From the NCBI GenBank assembly GCA_035703755.1, contig DASSXP010000079.1, positions 1-45,440 on the forward strand: a stretch of 45,440 bases of DNA, given 5' to 3'. The stretch comes from Rhodanobacteraceae bacterium. GTDB lineage: Bacteria > Pseudomonadota > Gammaproteobacteria > Xanthomonadales > Rhodanobacteraceae. Below are positions 11,242-19,301 of this stretch, in pieces; the first letter of the stretch is position 1, and each line of letters begins with the position of its first letter. The translations under genes were made by a program, and so were the position numbers. Below the pieces are notes generated by a model, which worked only from the letters and a program-made list of their open reading frames with translations, was not told the origin of the DNA and ran no database searches.

Positions 11242-11484
11242 GCGCGAAAGGATCAGGCGTAGAAACAGGGATGTGGCGGTCTCTGCCACAAGGCAGGGCA
11301 CGCAGGCACGGGAGTGGGAAGGCGTGCTGGGCAAGCGGAGGGCGACACAGCGTGTCGTCTGTTCGCGTGTCCATCCCGGTGTTGAGCAGTGCTACTTGGG
11401 CTGGCTGTACCAGCTACCAGACAAATATGTTCCAAACGCCTGCCGCTGTGCAGCAGCACGGGCATTAACCGGAGAAACCGAGTG

Positions 11485-14400
11485 ATGAGCAACAAGATTT
11501 CTGCCAAGGCTGGTCACGGTCTGCGCCGTACCGCATTGGTTCTGGCCCTCGGGGCCTGCTTTGCCAGCACCGCGGTGTTTGCGCAATCGCGTTCTGCAGG
11601 TTCGATCTTTGGTACCGCAGATGCGGGCAGCCAAGTCACCATCGTCAGCAAGGATACGGGCCTGACCCGTACAGCGACAGTTGGCAGCAACGGTCGTTAC
11701 AATTTTACGGAGTTGCCGACTGGTACGTACACCGTCAGTGCCGTCAATAACGGCTCCTCGATCGGTACCCGTGAAAGCGTAGCGGTGGGTGTCGGCGGTA
11801 CGGAAATCGATTTCAGTGCCCAGAACCTGAGCTCGATGACCGTTTCGGCTTCGGCCATGCCGTCGATCGACGTCAGTCAGGTGGATACACGCACCACCCT
11901 CACGGCTCAAATCCTGAATCAAGTGCCGATCGCCCGCGATATCACCCAAGCGGCCGTGCTCGCTCCGAGCGTGGTGCCGGCGGACTCGCGCTACGGCAAC
12001 TCGGCTTCTTTTGGCGGTTCGGCTGCTTCCGAAAACGCCTATTACATCAATGGCTACCCGGTCACCAACGCGCTGACCAATATCGGTTCGACCACGCTGC
12101 CGTTCGACGCCATCGAATCCGAGCAGGTGATCACCGGTGGTTACAGCGCCCGTTACGGCCGCTCGACCGGCGGCGTGATCAACGTCGTCACCAAGGCCGG
12201 CTCCAACCAATGGAAGGCCGGTGGCGTGGTGAGCTGGCAGCCGGAAAGCCTGCGCAATACGCGCAAGAGCATTTATTATCCGAATGACACGGGTGCGACC
12301 TCGGACGGCACTTTGTATCGCGATCGTAGCGTGGTGAGCGATGATTCGCTGACCTACGGCATTTACGCCAGCGGCCCCCTGATCAAGGACCGCCTGTTCT
12401 TCTATGCCACCGGCGAATGGGAAGACGAGCAGTTGAACCAGGGCTCTGCCAAGGGTGCGGCCGCCTCGCAAGGCTGGTCGGAGAACCACGAGAAGTCGCC
12501 GCGCTGGTTGGCCAAGCTGGACTGGAATATCAACAACAACAATATTGTTGAGTTCACCGGCATCTCCGACAAGACGACCCAGCAGATCGACTACAAGTCC
12601 TGGGATTGGGACAACAGCACCCACGGCGATACCGTCAACGGTACTGGCTATTACAAGGATGGCGGCGAAACCTACATCGGCAAGTACACGGGATATCTGA
12701 CCGATACCCTGACCCTGTCGGCCATGTATGGTTCGCAGAAAGTGGTTCACTACACTGGTCTGACGGGTTACGACCCGAGTCAGATCTATGTTTCCGATAC
12801 CCGTCCTGACCACGCTGCCAATCCGGTTACGGGCTTGCAGCCCTACCTGACCTTCCAGGATCCGCAGGCGTTCGATAAAACCGACGGCTACCGCGTCGAC
12901 TTGGAATGGCGTGTTGGCGATCATGACCTCAGCGTCGGTTACGACGTCGCCAACTCCGAGGCGCGTACCGGCACCATCACCTCGGGCCCGGGCTACGCGT
13001 GGAACTACTACAACGCGGGTGACGAAGGCGTGACCGAACAGGGTAATTTCCCGGTGCCGTCGGCCAATGGGGACTACGTGCGCAAGTACCAGTATGCCAA
13101 TGGCGGCCAGTTCAAGGTCGAGCAGAAGGCGTACTACCTGGAAGATCGTTGGCAGCTGACGGACCGCTGGTTGCTGTCGCTCGGCGTCCGCAATGACAGC
13201 TTCAGCAATTACAACTCCGACGGCATCATCTATGTCGAGCAGAAGAACCAGTGGGCGCCGCGCGTCGGCTTCACCTGGGACGTGTTTGGCGATTCCAGTA
13301 TGAAGGTGTTTGGTAACGCGGGTCGTTACTTCCTCGCCATGCCGCTGAACGTCGCGGTGCGTGGTGCCGCGGGCTCCACCTACATCGTGACCTATTACAC
13401 GTTCACCGGCATTGACCCGGCGACCGGTGTGCCGCAAGGCCTGACCGAGATCGGTGGTCCGTACTCGTCCAACAACGAGTTTGGCCAGGCTCCGGATCCA
13501 CGCACGGTTGCCGCGCAGGACCTCAAGTCCCATTATCAGGATGAGTTCATCCTCGGCATGCAGCAGGCGCTGGGCTCGTCGTGGAATTGGGGCGCTCGCT
13601 TCCAGTACCGTGATCTGAAGTCGGCCATTGACGACCAGTGCGACAACCGCCCGATGCTGAAGTACATGGCGGAAAACAACATTGCCATCGATCCCAACTA
13701 CAGCTTCTCGCCGGATTGCCGTCTGTTCAACCCGGGCGCAAACAACGTGATGCTGCTGGATATTCCGGACGCTGCGGGCAGCACGGATCTGGTCCCGGTG
13801 CCGTTCTCGGCCAAGGACATGGGCATGCATCTGAAGCGTCGTTACGTTGGTGTGGATTTGTTCCTCGAGCATCCGTTTGACGGCACCTGGTTTGGTCGCG
13901 TCGATTACACTTGGGCACACAACTACGGCAACGACGAAGGTCAGTTGAACTCGGATATCGGTCAGGGTGACGTGTCGCAGACCGTGTTGTTCGATCACAA
14001 GGAATTGATGGAATACGGCGACGGCGACTTGCCGAATGATCGCCGCCACACCATCAAGGCCTACGGTTTCTACCAGTTCTCGCCGGAGTTCCAGGTGGGT
14101 GGCACGCTGGTCGCCAAGACCGGTCGTCCGAAGTCCTGTCTCGGTTACTACACCGGTGCGGACACCGATGCCTACAACCCGCCGCAAGCGGGCACCAGCA
14201 GCGGTCAGGAGTACTGGGCCAACTATCTGAGCTATGGCCGTTATTACCACTACTGTGGTGGCAAGCCGGTGCCGCGCGGTTCCGTGGGCCGACTGCCGAC
14301 CGACGTCCAACTCAGCCTGAATGCGGCGTACATCCCGTCGTGGGCCGATGGCAATCTGCGCTTCCAGGTCGATGTGTTCAACGTGTTCAACAAGCAGGTT

Positions 14401-14529
14401 GCGCAGAACGTCGAAGAGCGTGGTGAAAACGGCGGCGTGGGTGTGGTTGCGTCCAACCGTTTCCGTGTCATCAGCTACGATGCCCCGCGTTCGGTGCGTC
14501 TGAGCGCGCGTTACGACTTCTCGCTGTAA
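11485..14529 (+). CDS. TonB-dependent outer-membrane receptor, Oar-like, with an N-terminal carboxypeptidase-regulatory-like domain
   Basis: The signal peptide ends in AVFA-Q. A CarboxypepD_reg-like segment (GRYNFTELPTGTYTVSA) and a plug region (NAYYINGYPVTN, ITGGYSARYGRSTGGVINVVTK) follow. The C-terminus is the beta-barrel ending RLSARYDFSL. The ATG at 11485 sits downstream of a GGAG; the track ORF start at 11389 was trimmed. Confidence 0.9.
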   Translation: MSNKISAKAGHGLRRTALVLALGACFASTAVFAQSRSAGSIFGTADAGSQVTIVSKDTGLTRTATVGSNGRYNFTELPTGTYTVSAVNNGSSIGTRESVAVGVGGTEIDFSAQNLSSMTVSASAMPSIDVSQVDTRTTLTAQILNQVPIARDITQAAVLAPSVVPADSRYGNSASFGGSAASENAYYINGYPVTNALTNIGSTTLPFDAIESEQVITGGYSARYGRSTGGVINVVTKAGSNQWKAGGVVSWQPESLRNTRKSIYYPNDTGATSDGTLYRDRSVVSDDSLTYGIYASGPLIKDRLFFYATGEWEDEQLNQGSAKGAAASQGWSENHEKSPRWLAKLDWNINNNNIVEFTGISDKTTQQIDYKSWDWDNSTHGDTVNGTGYYKDGGETYIGKYTGYLTDTLTLSAMYGSQKVVHYTGLTGYDPSQIYVSDTRPDHAANPVTGLQPYLTFQDPQAFDKTDGYRVDLEWRVGDHDLSVGYDVANSEARTGTITSGPGYAWNYYNAGDEGVTEQGNFPVPSANGDYVRKYQYANGGQFKVEQKAYYLEDRWQLTDRWLLSLGVRNDSFSNYNSDGIIYVEQKNQWAPRVGFTWDVFGDSSMKVFGNAGRYFLAMPLNVAVRGAAGSTYIVTYYTFTGIDPATGVPQGLTEIGGPYSSNNEFGQAPDPRTVAAQDLKSHYQDEFILGMQQALGSSWNWGARFQYRDLKSAIDDQCDNRPMLKYMAENNIAIDPNYSFSPDCRLFNPGANNVMLLDIPDAAGSTDLVPVPFSAKDMGMHLKRRYVGVDLFLEHPFDGTWFGRVDYTWAHNYGNDEGQLNSDIGQGDVSQTVLFDHKELMEYGDGDLPNDRRHTIKAYGFYQFSPEFQVGGTLVAKTGRPKSCLGYYTGADTDAYNPPQAGTSSGQEYWANYLSYGRYYHYCGGKPVPRGSVGRLPTDVQLSLNAAYIPSWADGNLRFQVDVFNVFNKQVAQNVEERGENGGVGVVASNRFRVISYDAPRSVRLSARYDFSL

Positions 14530-14537
14530 GCAACACC

Positions 14538-14612
14538 GGAGCCGGGCTGGCGACAGCCCGGCTCCTCATCACTCGATTCGGGCCGCCGGTGGCAACACCG
14601 GCGGCCTTTTTT
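14538..14612 (+). terminator. Tandem hairpins terminating the TBDR gene
   Basis: The first hairpin is ggagccgggctg/cagcccggctcc (14538-14565). The second is ggccgccggtg/caccggcggcc (14581-14606) and is followed by TTTTTT. Confidence 0.85.
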
Positions 14613-14742
14613 ATTGGGAATCAGTTACAGATCGCGCTATATTGGAAGGGTTGACCTCAGGCGACAGCCTGGTGCTGAGCTGCGATGACGATCGGCTCGC
14701 GCGCGGGTCGCATAGTCAACTGATTGATTCCAGGAGTTTTTC

Positions 14743-15600
14743 ATGCGCAAGCCCATTTTTGCCCTGCTGGCTGCTCTGGCACTTGTCTGTGCCGGCTGTG
14801 GTTCCTCGGGCCCTTCGTCCAGCACGGATCAGCCTTCTGCAGCGCCGCTGCCGCCGCCGGCCACCTCGATCACCGGTTCGGTGTCGCTCAGCGTCAAACC
14901 CGGCGCGCCGGCCTTGACGGACGCCGCCAAGCTGGAGCTGGCGCTGGTCGATATCAGCCAGCAACCGGCGCTGCCGATTGCGCGCCAGCAGGTGCAGCCG
15001 CTTGGCGCCCTGCCGATCCAGTTCAAGTTGCCGTTCAAACCGGCCGACGTGATCAACGAGGACATTTACGAAATTCGCGCTACCATCGTCGATGGCCAGC
15101 GTCGCTACACGATGCCGCTCAGCTACCCGGTACTGACGCAAGGCCGCAACAACACCGCTGAAATCGTCCTGCAACCGGAGCCGACGCCGTCGGAGCAGAT
15201 GCTGGGCGACTTCGAAGCGCTCAAGGCCACCATTGGCGGCATGAGCATCCGCAATGGCACCTCCCTGAGTGACAGCGAGTCGCACGGCTGGCAAGCCTTC
15301 CGCAAGGATGGTGAGCTCTTGTTCGTGCGTGAAAATGTCGACTACACCGCCGGTGGACGCACCGAAACCGATTACGCCTACAGCAATGGCAAGCCCTTTG
15401 TGGTGGTGCAAAAGCACCGTGCCGCCGCCGGCGCCCCGGTCGACAGCATCCAGCGCGCCGGCTGGACCGCCGCAGGCAAGGTCGTCGTGCACGAGGAAAC
15501 CACGGGTGGCAAGACGATTCTGCTGGCCGACAAGGATGTGGATGGGCTGCGCAAACAGGCCGAAGCGGCGTTCAAGCGCGTCGGCGGCAACAAATACTGA
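14743..15600 (+). CDS. Lipoprotein with a YbaY-like N-terminal domain
   Basis: The lipobox is LVCAGC. The segment ...LALVDISQQ...PIQFKLPFKPADV...YEIRATI parallels E. coli YbaY. The C-terminal half, about 150 aa, is unassigned. Confidence 0.7.
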   Translation: MRKPIFALLAALALVCAGCGSSGPSSSTDQPSAAPLPPPATSITGSVSLSVKPGAPALTDAAKLELALVDISQQPALPIARQQVQPLGALPIQFKLPFKPADVINEDIYEIRATIVDGQRRYTMPLSYPVLTQGRNNTAEIVLQPEPTPSEQMLGDFEALKATIGGMSIRNGTSLSDSESHGWQAFRKDGELLFVRENVDYTAGGRTETDYAYSNGKPFVVVQKHRAAAGAPVDSIQRAGWTAAGKVVVHEETTGGKTILLADKDVDGLRKQAEAAFKRVGGNKY

Positions 15601-15654
15601 CCCGATTCGCGTCGATTCCCGGTTGGAATTGTCGTCGCCAAACCAAGCAATTCG

Positions 15655-15786
15655 GCGGCATTCCGGGGCCGCGCGCGAGCGCGGAACCCGGAATCCACGG
15701 GTTGCTGCTGAGGTCATGCGTGGATTCCGGGTTCTGCCCCGAATTGAGCCCGGGGGGCAGGCTCTCCGGCAGCCCCGGAATGCCGC
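15655..15786. repeat. Nested palindromic (REP/MITE-like) element between convergent genes
   Basis: The outer 14-bp perfect inverted repeat spans 15655-15668 and 15773-15786. The inner 16-bp perfect inverted repeat is gaacccggaatccacg/cgtggattccgggttc (15684-15699 and 15719-15734). Internal hairpins add to the structure, and the CCGGAAT/ATTCCGG core recurs 5 times. Confidence 0.7.
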
Positions 15787-15860
15787 GGCGCGGGTAATGG
15801 AGGTTCGCCGCTAGTCAGGGATACGTTTAGGTTCCCCCGCGGCGATGTCGGCGCGCGGCC

Positions 15861-17735
15861 TCAGGCGGCGCGCTGACGCTTCAGGTGGATCAGCAGCAGA
15901 GAAATGGCCGCGGGCGTCACACCACTGATGCGCTGGGCCTGACCGACGTCGTGCGGTCGGGTGGATTTCAGCTTGCCGAGCACCTCCGCCGAGAGGCCGC
16001 GCACGGCGTCGTAATCAAAGTCCAGCGGAATCGACGTGTCGCGCAGCCGCGCTTGACGCGCAATCTCGTCGTCTTGCCGCTTGAGGTAGCCGGCGTAGCG
16101 CGCCTGAATCGCCACTTGTTCCGCTACGGCCTCGTCTTCGACGGCAGCACCCGCACCCTCGACTTGCAGCAAGGATGGATAGTCGATCCCGGGCCGCTTC
16201 AATAGATCCAGCAACGCCGTTTCGCGCTGCAACTGGAAACCAAACCGTCGTTCGACGGCGCTACCGAGCGCATTGCCGGGGGAGGCGTACAAGTCGCCGA
16301 GGCGCTGCTGTTCGCGCTCGATCTGCGCGCGCTTGCGGGCAAACGCGGCGTAGCGCTGTTCGGGCACACAACCCAACTCGCGGCCCTGCTCGGTCAAGCG
16401 CAGGTCGGCGTTGTCTTCACGCAGATTCAGCCGGTGTTCGGCCCGCGAGGTGAACATCCGATAGGGTTCCAGCGTGCCGTTGCTGGTCAGGTCATCGACC
16501 AGCACGCCGAGGTAAGCCTCGTGTCGAGCGGGGAACCACGGCGCGCGTTCCCGGCAGGCGAGTGCGGCGTTGAGGCCGGCCAGCAGCCCTTGCGCGGCGG
16601 CCTCCTCGTAACCGGTGGTGCCGTTGATCTGGCCGGCGAAGTAGAGCCCGCCGATGGCTTTGGTTTCCAGCCAGGGGTTGAGGCCGCGCGGATCAAAGTA
16701 GTCGTACTCGATCGCGTAGCCCGGGCGGGTGATGTGCGCCTGTTCGAAGCCGGCGATCGAGTGCACCAGCGCCAGTTGCAGGTCGAACGGCAGCGAGGTC
16801 GAAATGCCGTTGGGGTACACCTCGCTGGTGCCGAGACCCTCCGGCTCGATGAAGATCTGGTGGCTGGCCTTGTCGGCAAAGCGCACCACCTTGTCCTCGA
16901 TCGAGGGGCAGTAGCGCGGCCCGGTACCGTGGATCTGCCCGCTGTAGAGCGGCGAGCGATCCAGTCCGTCGCGGATGACTTCGTGGGTCCGCTCGTTGGT
17001 GTGGGTGATCCAGCAACTGCGTTGCTCGGGATGCTCGGCGCGGCAGCCGAGAAAGGAAAACACCGGCATGGGCAGATCACCCGCTTGCTCGGTGAGGCCG
17101 CGATAGTCAATGCTGCGCCCGTCGATGCGCGGCGGGGTGCCGGTCTTGAGCCGATCGGCCGCTACCGGCAAACCGCGCAGTTGCTGCGCCAGGCGCGTGG
17201 AAGGCGGGTCGCCAGCGCGGCCGCCGTCGTACTGCGACTGACCAATATGGATGCGTCCGGCCAAAAAAGTGCCGGCGGTCAGCACCACCGCGCGGGCTCG
17301 CAGGGTCAGGCCGCCCTGGGTGACCACACCGGCCACGCGCCCGCTTTCCAGCACCAGCGCATCGACGGCTTGCTGAAACACCCGCAAACCGGGTTGCGCC
17401 TCTACCATGGATCGGATCGCGGCTTTGTAGATGGCGCGGTCTGCTTGGCAGCGGGTGGCGCGCACCGCCGGACCCTTGGACTGGTTCAGGGTGCGCCAAT
17501 GGATGCCGGCACGGTCGGCGGCGTGAGCCATGGCCCCGCCCAGCGCGTCGATCTCGCGCACAAGATGGCCCTTGCCGATGCCGCCAATGGCCGGATTGCA
17601 GCTCATCTGACCGATGGTTTCGACGTTTTGCGTCAGCAGCAGTGTGCGCGCACCCGTGCGCGCTGCGGCCAGCGCGGCCTCGGTGCCGGCATGCCCGCCA
17701 CCGATCACGATTACGTCATGGAGCTCGTTCAACAT
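15861..17735 (-). CDS. mnmG: tRNA uridine 5-carboxymethylaminomethyl modification enzyme MnmG (GidA)
   Basis: The motif [20 protein letters not shown] and similarity along the full length support the call. I chose the ATG at 17735; a GTG at 17738 is also in frame. Confidence 0.95.
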   Translation of the reverse strand: MLNELHDVIVIGGGHAGTEAALAAARTGARTLLLTQNVETIGQMSCNPAIGGIGKGHLVREIDALGGAMAHAADRAGIHWRTLNQSKGPAVRATRCQADRAIYKAAIRSMVEAQPGLRVFQQAVDALVLESGRVAGVVTQGGLTLRARAVVLTAGTFLAGRIHIGQSQYDGGRAGDPPSTRLAQQLRGLPVAADRLKTGTPPRIDGRSIDYRGLTEQAGDLPMPVFSFLGCRAEHPEQRSCWITHTNERTHEVIRDGLDRSPLYSGQIHGTGPRYCPSIEDKVVRFADKASHQIFIEPEGLGTSEVYPNGISTSLPFDLQLALVHSIAGFEQAHITRPGYAIEYDYFDPRGLNPWLETKAIGGLYFAGQINGTTGYEEAAAQGLLAGLNAALACRERAPWFPARHEAYLGVLVDDLTSNGTLEPYRMFTSRAEHRLNLREDNADLRLTEQGRELGCVPEQRYAAFARKRAQIEREQQRLGDLYASPGNALGSAVERRFGFQLQRETALLDLLKRPGIDYPSLLQVEGAGAAVEDEAVAEQVAIQARYAGYLKRQDDEIARQARLRDTSIPLDFDYDAVRGLSAEVLGKLKSTRPHDVGQAQRISGVTPAAISLLLIHLKRQRAA

Positions 17736-17815
17736 CACAAAGGCCTTGAATCAGGACAGGAAAATCATAGCAGCGGGGATGCAAACACAGACGGAATGTC
17801 GAACTCGATAGTAGT

Positions 17816-17831
17816 TGGCACGCAACGTGCT
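17816..17831 (+). promoter_or_regulatory. Sigma-54 (-24/-12) promoter candidate P1
   Basis: The site TGGCACgcaacgTGCt has the exact GG-N10-GC spacing. It lies in a non-coding region directly upstream of a 70-nt perfect-stem hairpin. Confidence 0.55.
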
Positions 17832-17842
17832 TCAACTTGGAG

Positions 17843-18225
17843 TGCACTCCCACCGGTACAGGCGCTGCGAGCGCGCTGAGGCCGGAATTCAGGGGCCGGC
17901 CGCGTACCGGTGGGAGGACGCACCCTCGGCCCCGTCAGGGGCCGAACCTATTTGGGTCTGGAAAGGAAGGACTGGCGCCCGACGGTCACTGGGAACAGGG
18001 GGTATTCTCAGGAGTGGACCTTGATGTCGGGCGCCAGAAACCGGAACAGGGCTTCGGGTGACGTTGCGTCACGGGCAGGCGAAGCATGCCGGCCACGGCA
18101 TCCCGGAACTGTGCGACCCGTCACAACTTTGGTGTAGGGGAAAACCTGAGTTGGCGACGTCGGCCATGAGGTGTCGATGTCAAGCCATGCGGGAAGACAG
18201 CGCCCCTGTCCGCCGAGCCAAAGCT
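17843..18225 (+). ncRNA. Candidate structured RNA or long leader transcribed from P1 (family not recognised)
   Basis: Hairpin A has a 13-bp perfect stem (17847-17859/17904-17916) enclosing two sub-hairpins. Hairpin B is 17927-17944 (7-bp GC stem, GTCA loop). Hairpin C has a 12-bp perfect stem (17972-17983/18026-18037) that continues inward. Further stems lie at 18051-18085 and 18086-18101. No frame in this interval looks like a protein. Confidence 0.35.
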
Positions 18226-18241
18226 TGGCACGCAAACTGCA
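18226..18241 (+). promoter_or_regulatory. Sigma-54 (-24/-12) promoter candidate P2
   Basis: The site TGGCACgcaaacTGCa has GG-N10-GC spacing and shares the 11-nt TTGGCACGCAA with P1. It lies about 50 nt upstream of the ATG at 18293. Confidence 0.55.
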
Positions 18242-18292
18242 TGTACCCAGTTACGGAGCCATCAATCACATCAATATCAGGGGTACATCGCC

Positions 18293-18487
18293 ATGACCGT
18301 CGCCGCCAGCCTTACCGTCAATCCGTTGTTCGTCCGTCACGACCTGATGATCGAAATGGCGCGTCTTGAAATGGAAATCGACGATCTGCAAAGCCACGAG
18401 CCGTCCAACGGCGCGGACGAGGACATCATGCCCTTGCAACTGCGTCTGCAGAAGATTTCCCACGTGCTGAGCCGCGTTCCGCAATAA
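18293..18487 (+). CDS. Small hypothetical protein (64 aa), predicted helical or coiled-coil
   Basis: The ATG is preceded by AGGGG 9 nt upstream. The heptad-like segment MIEMARLEMEIDDLQ...LQLRLQKISHVL suggests a coiled coil. A strong terminator follows. I recognise no family. Confidence 0.45.
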   Translation: MTVAASLTVNPLFVRHDLMIEMARLEMEIDDLQSHEPSNGADEDIMPLQLRLQKISHVLSRVPQ

Positions 18488-18534
18488 AGCCGGTAAACTC
18501 TCCGCGGCGCTCGATTCCCCTGATCGATGCGCCT

Positions 18535-18575
18535 ACAACGGCCGCTGCCTTCACGGGCAGCGGCCGTTGTGTTTT
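18535..18575. terminator. Bidirectional terminator between convergent genes
   Basis: The 15-bp perfect stem is acaacggccgctgcc/ggcagcggccgttgt, with a 6-nt loop. GTTTT follows on the + strand. Confidence 0.85.
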
Positions 18576-19216
18576 CAGTGGCGAGGTTGGCCGCGTGGCA
18601 CCGTGCGTCCGGATCTGGATTCGGACTGAGATGACGGTGGCATTACGTGTCGCGGTGCTCGGAATGTCGGCGTTGGATATGGCCGCGACTGCGGCGCGTT
18701 GGATTGTGCAGGGCGTGGCGTTACTCGTGGGGTGTCGCGCGACATCACCCGTTGCACACCCATGCTGGGGCGTGTGTACAGGGAGGTATCCCGATGCTGC
18801 TCGGTTTCGACAGGTCGGGCGAAGCGGCGAATTGTGGCGGATCGAGGTGGTCCCGGTCGGGCGGTGGCCGTTGCCCGGCCTTGCAGCAGCTTGTCGCGCT
18901 CGATGGCCTGCCGGTCGCGCGCCAGGCGGGGTGACGCAAAATAGCCCGGATCGGGCCAAAATGAGCCGTAATAGGGCAGGTAACTCCAATATCCACCGTA
19001 TGCCGCTCCGTAGCCATAGCCGTAACGGTAGCCGCCCCAAGCGCCATAACCCAAGCCGTAGCCGGTCGATAATGACCACCAGCCGGGCCGGTACGACGGC
19101 GAAGGGTCGGCATCGCGGGTGTAATAGCCCCCGCCGCCGGCCACATAACGATAATCATTGGTGGTGGCGCAGCCGACCAATGCCAGCAAGGCGATCAATG
19201 GAAGCAGTCGTCGCAT
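18575..19216 (-). CDS. Lipoprotein with a Gly/Tyr-rich N-domain and an Arg/Pro-rich tail
   Basis: The lipobox is LLALVGC. The N-domain carries GYGLGYGAWGGYRYGYGYGAAYGGYW. The tail is a basic, Pro/Arg/Ser-rich low-complexity C-terminus. Confidence 0.6.
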   Translation of the reverse strand: MRRLLPLIALLALVGCATTNDYRYVAGGGGYYTRDADPSPSYRPGWWSLSTGYGLGYGAWGGYRYGYGYGAAYGGYWSYLPYYGSFWPDPGYFASPRLARDRQAIERDKLLQGRATATARPGPPRSATIRRFARPVETEQHRDTSLYTRPSMGVQRVMSRDTPRVTPRPAQSNAPQSRPYPTPTFRAPRHVMPPSSQSESRSGRTVPRGQPRH

Positions 19217-19301
19217 GGGGTCTCCTCACGATGTCGGTCGGGATCAGGTCGGATGCTAACCCATAGATGAACCAACGGCTGGCTCGGTCGTGCGTTGACG
19301 T

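Noticed and set aside
11213-11484. A cobalamin or TPP riboswitch upstream of the TonB-dependent receptor
   Set aside because: No B12 box (GCCACUG context) and no TPP CUGAGA/ACCUGA motifs are visible. The receptor is Oar-like rather than BtuB-like. I kept it only as an unclassified structured leader.
11392-14310. A 972-aa minus-strand ORF
   Set aside because: It is antisense to the TonB-dependent receptor. The same argument applies to the other long shadow ORFs. These are 6535-8091, 7427-9226, 9133-10980, 14716-15717, 16434-17879, 20418-22235, 26305-28017, 36464-37996, 38492-40306, 41052-42104, 42752-43537, 42982-44211 and 43754-44851.
17739-18292. A chromosomal origin (oriC), given the adjacency to mnmG/gidA as in E. 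coli
   Set aside because: I could find no TTATCCACA-type DnaA boxes, no AT-rich unwinding element and no GATC clustering. The region is GC-rich and dominated by hairpins.
17739-18292. Known housekeeping RNAs (RNase P RNA, tmRNA, SRP/4.5S, 6S) or a retron msr-msd
   Set aside because: The conserved blocks are absent. There is no GAGGAAAGUCCGGGC or ACAGAACCCGGCUUA, no tmRNA tag or tRNA-like end, and no GGUCCGGAAGGAAGCAGCC. The 'ggaaaggaagg' at 17960 is only a superficial resemblance. No reverse transcriptase gene is adjacent.
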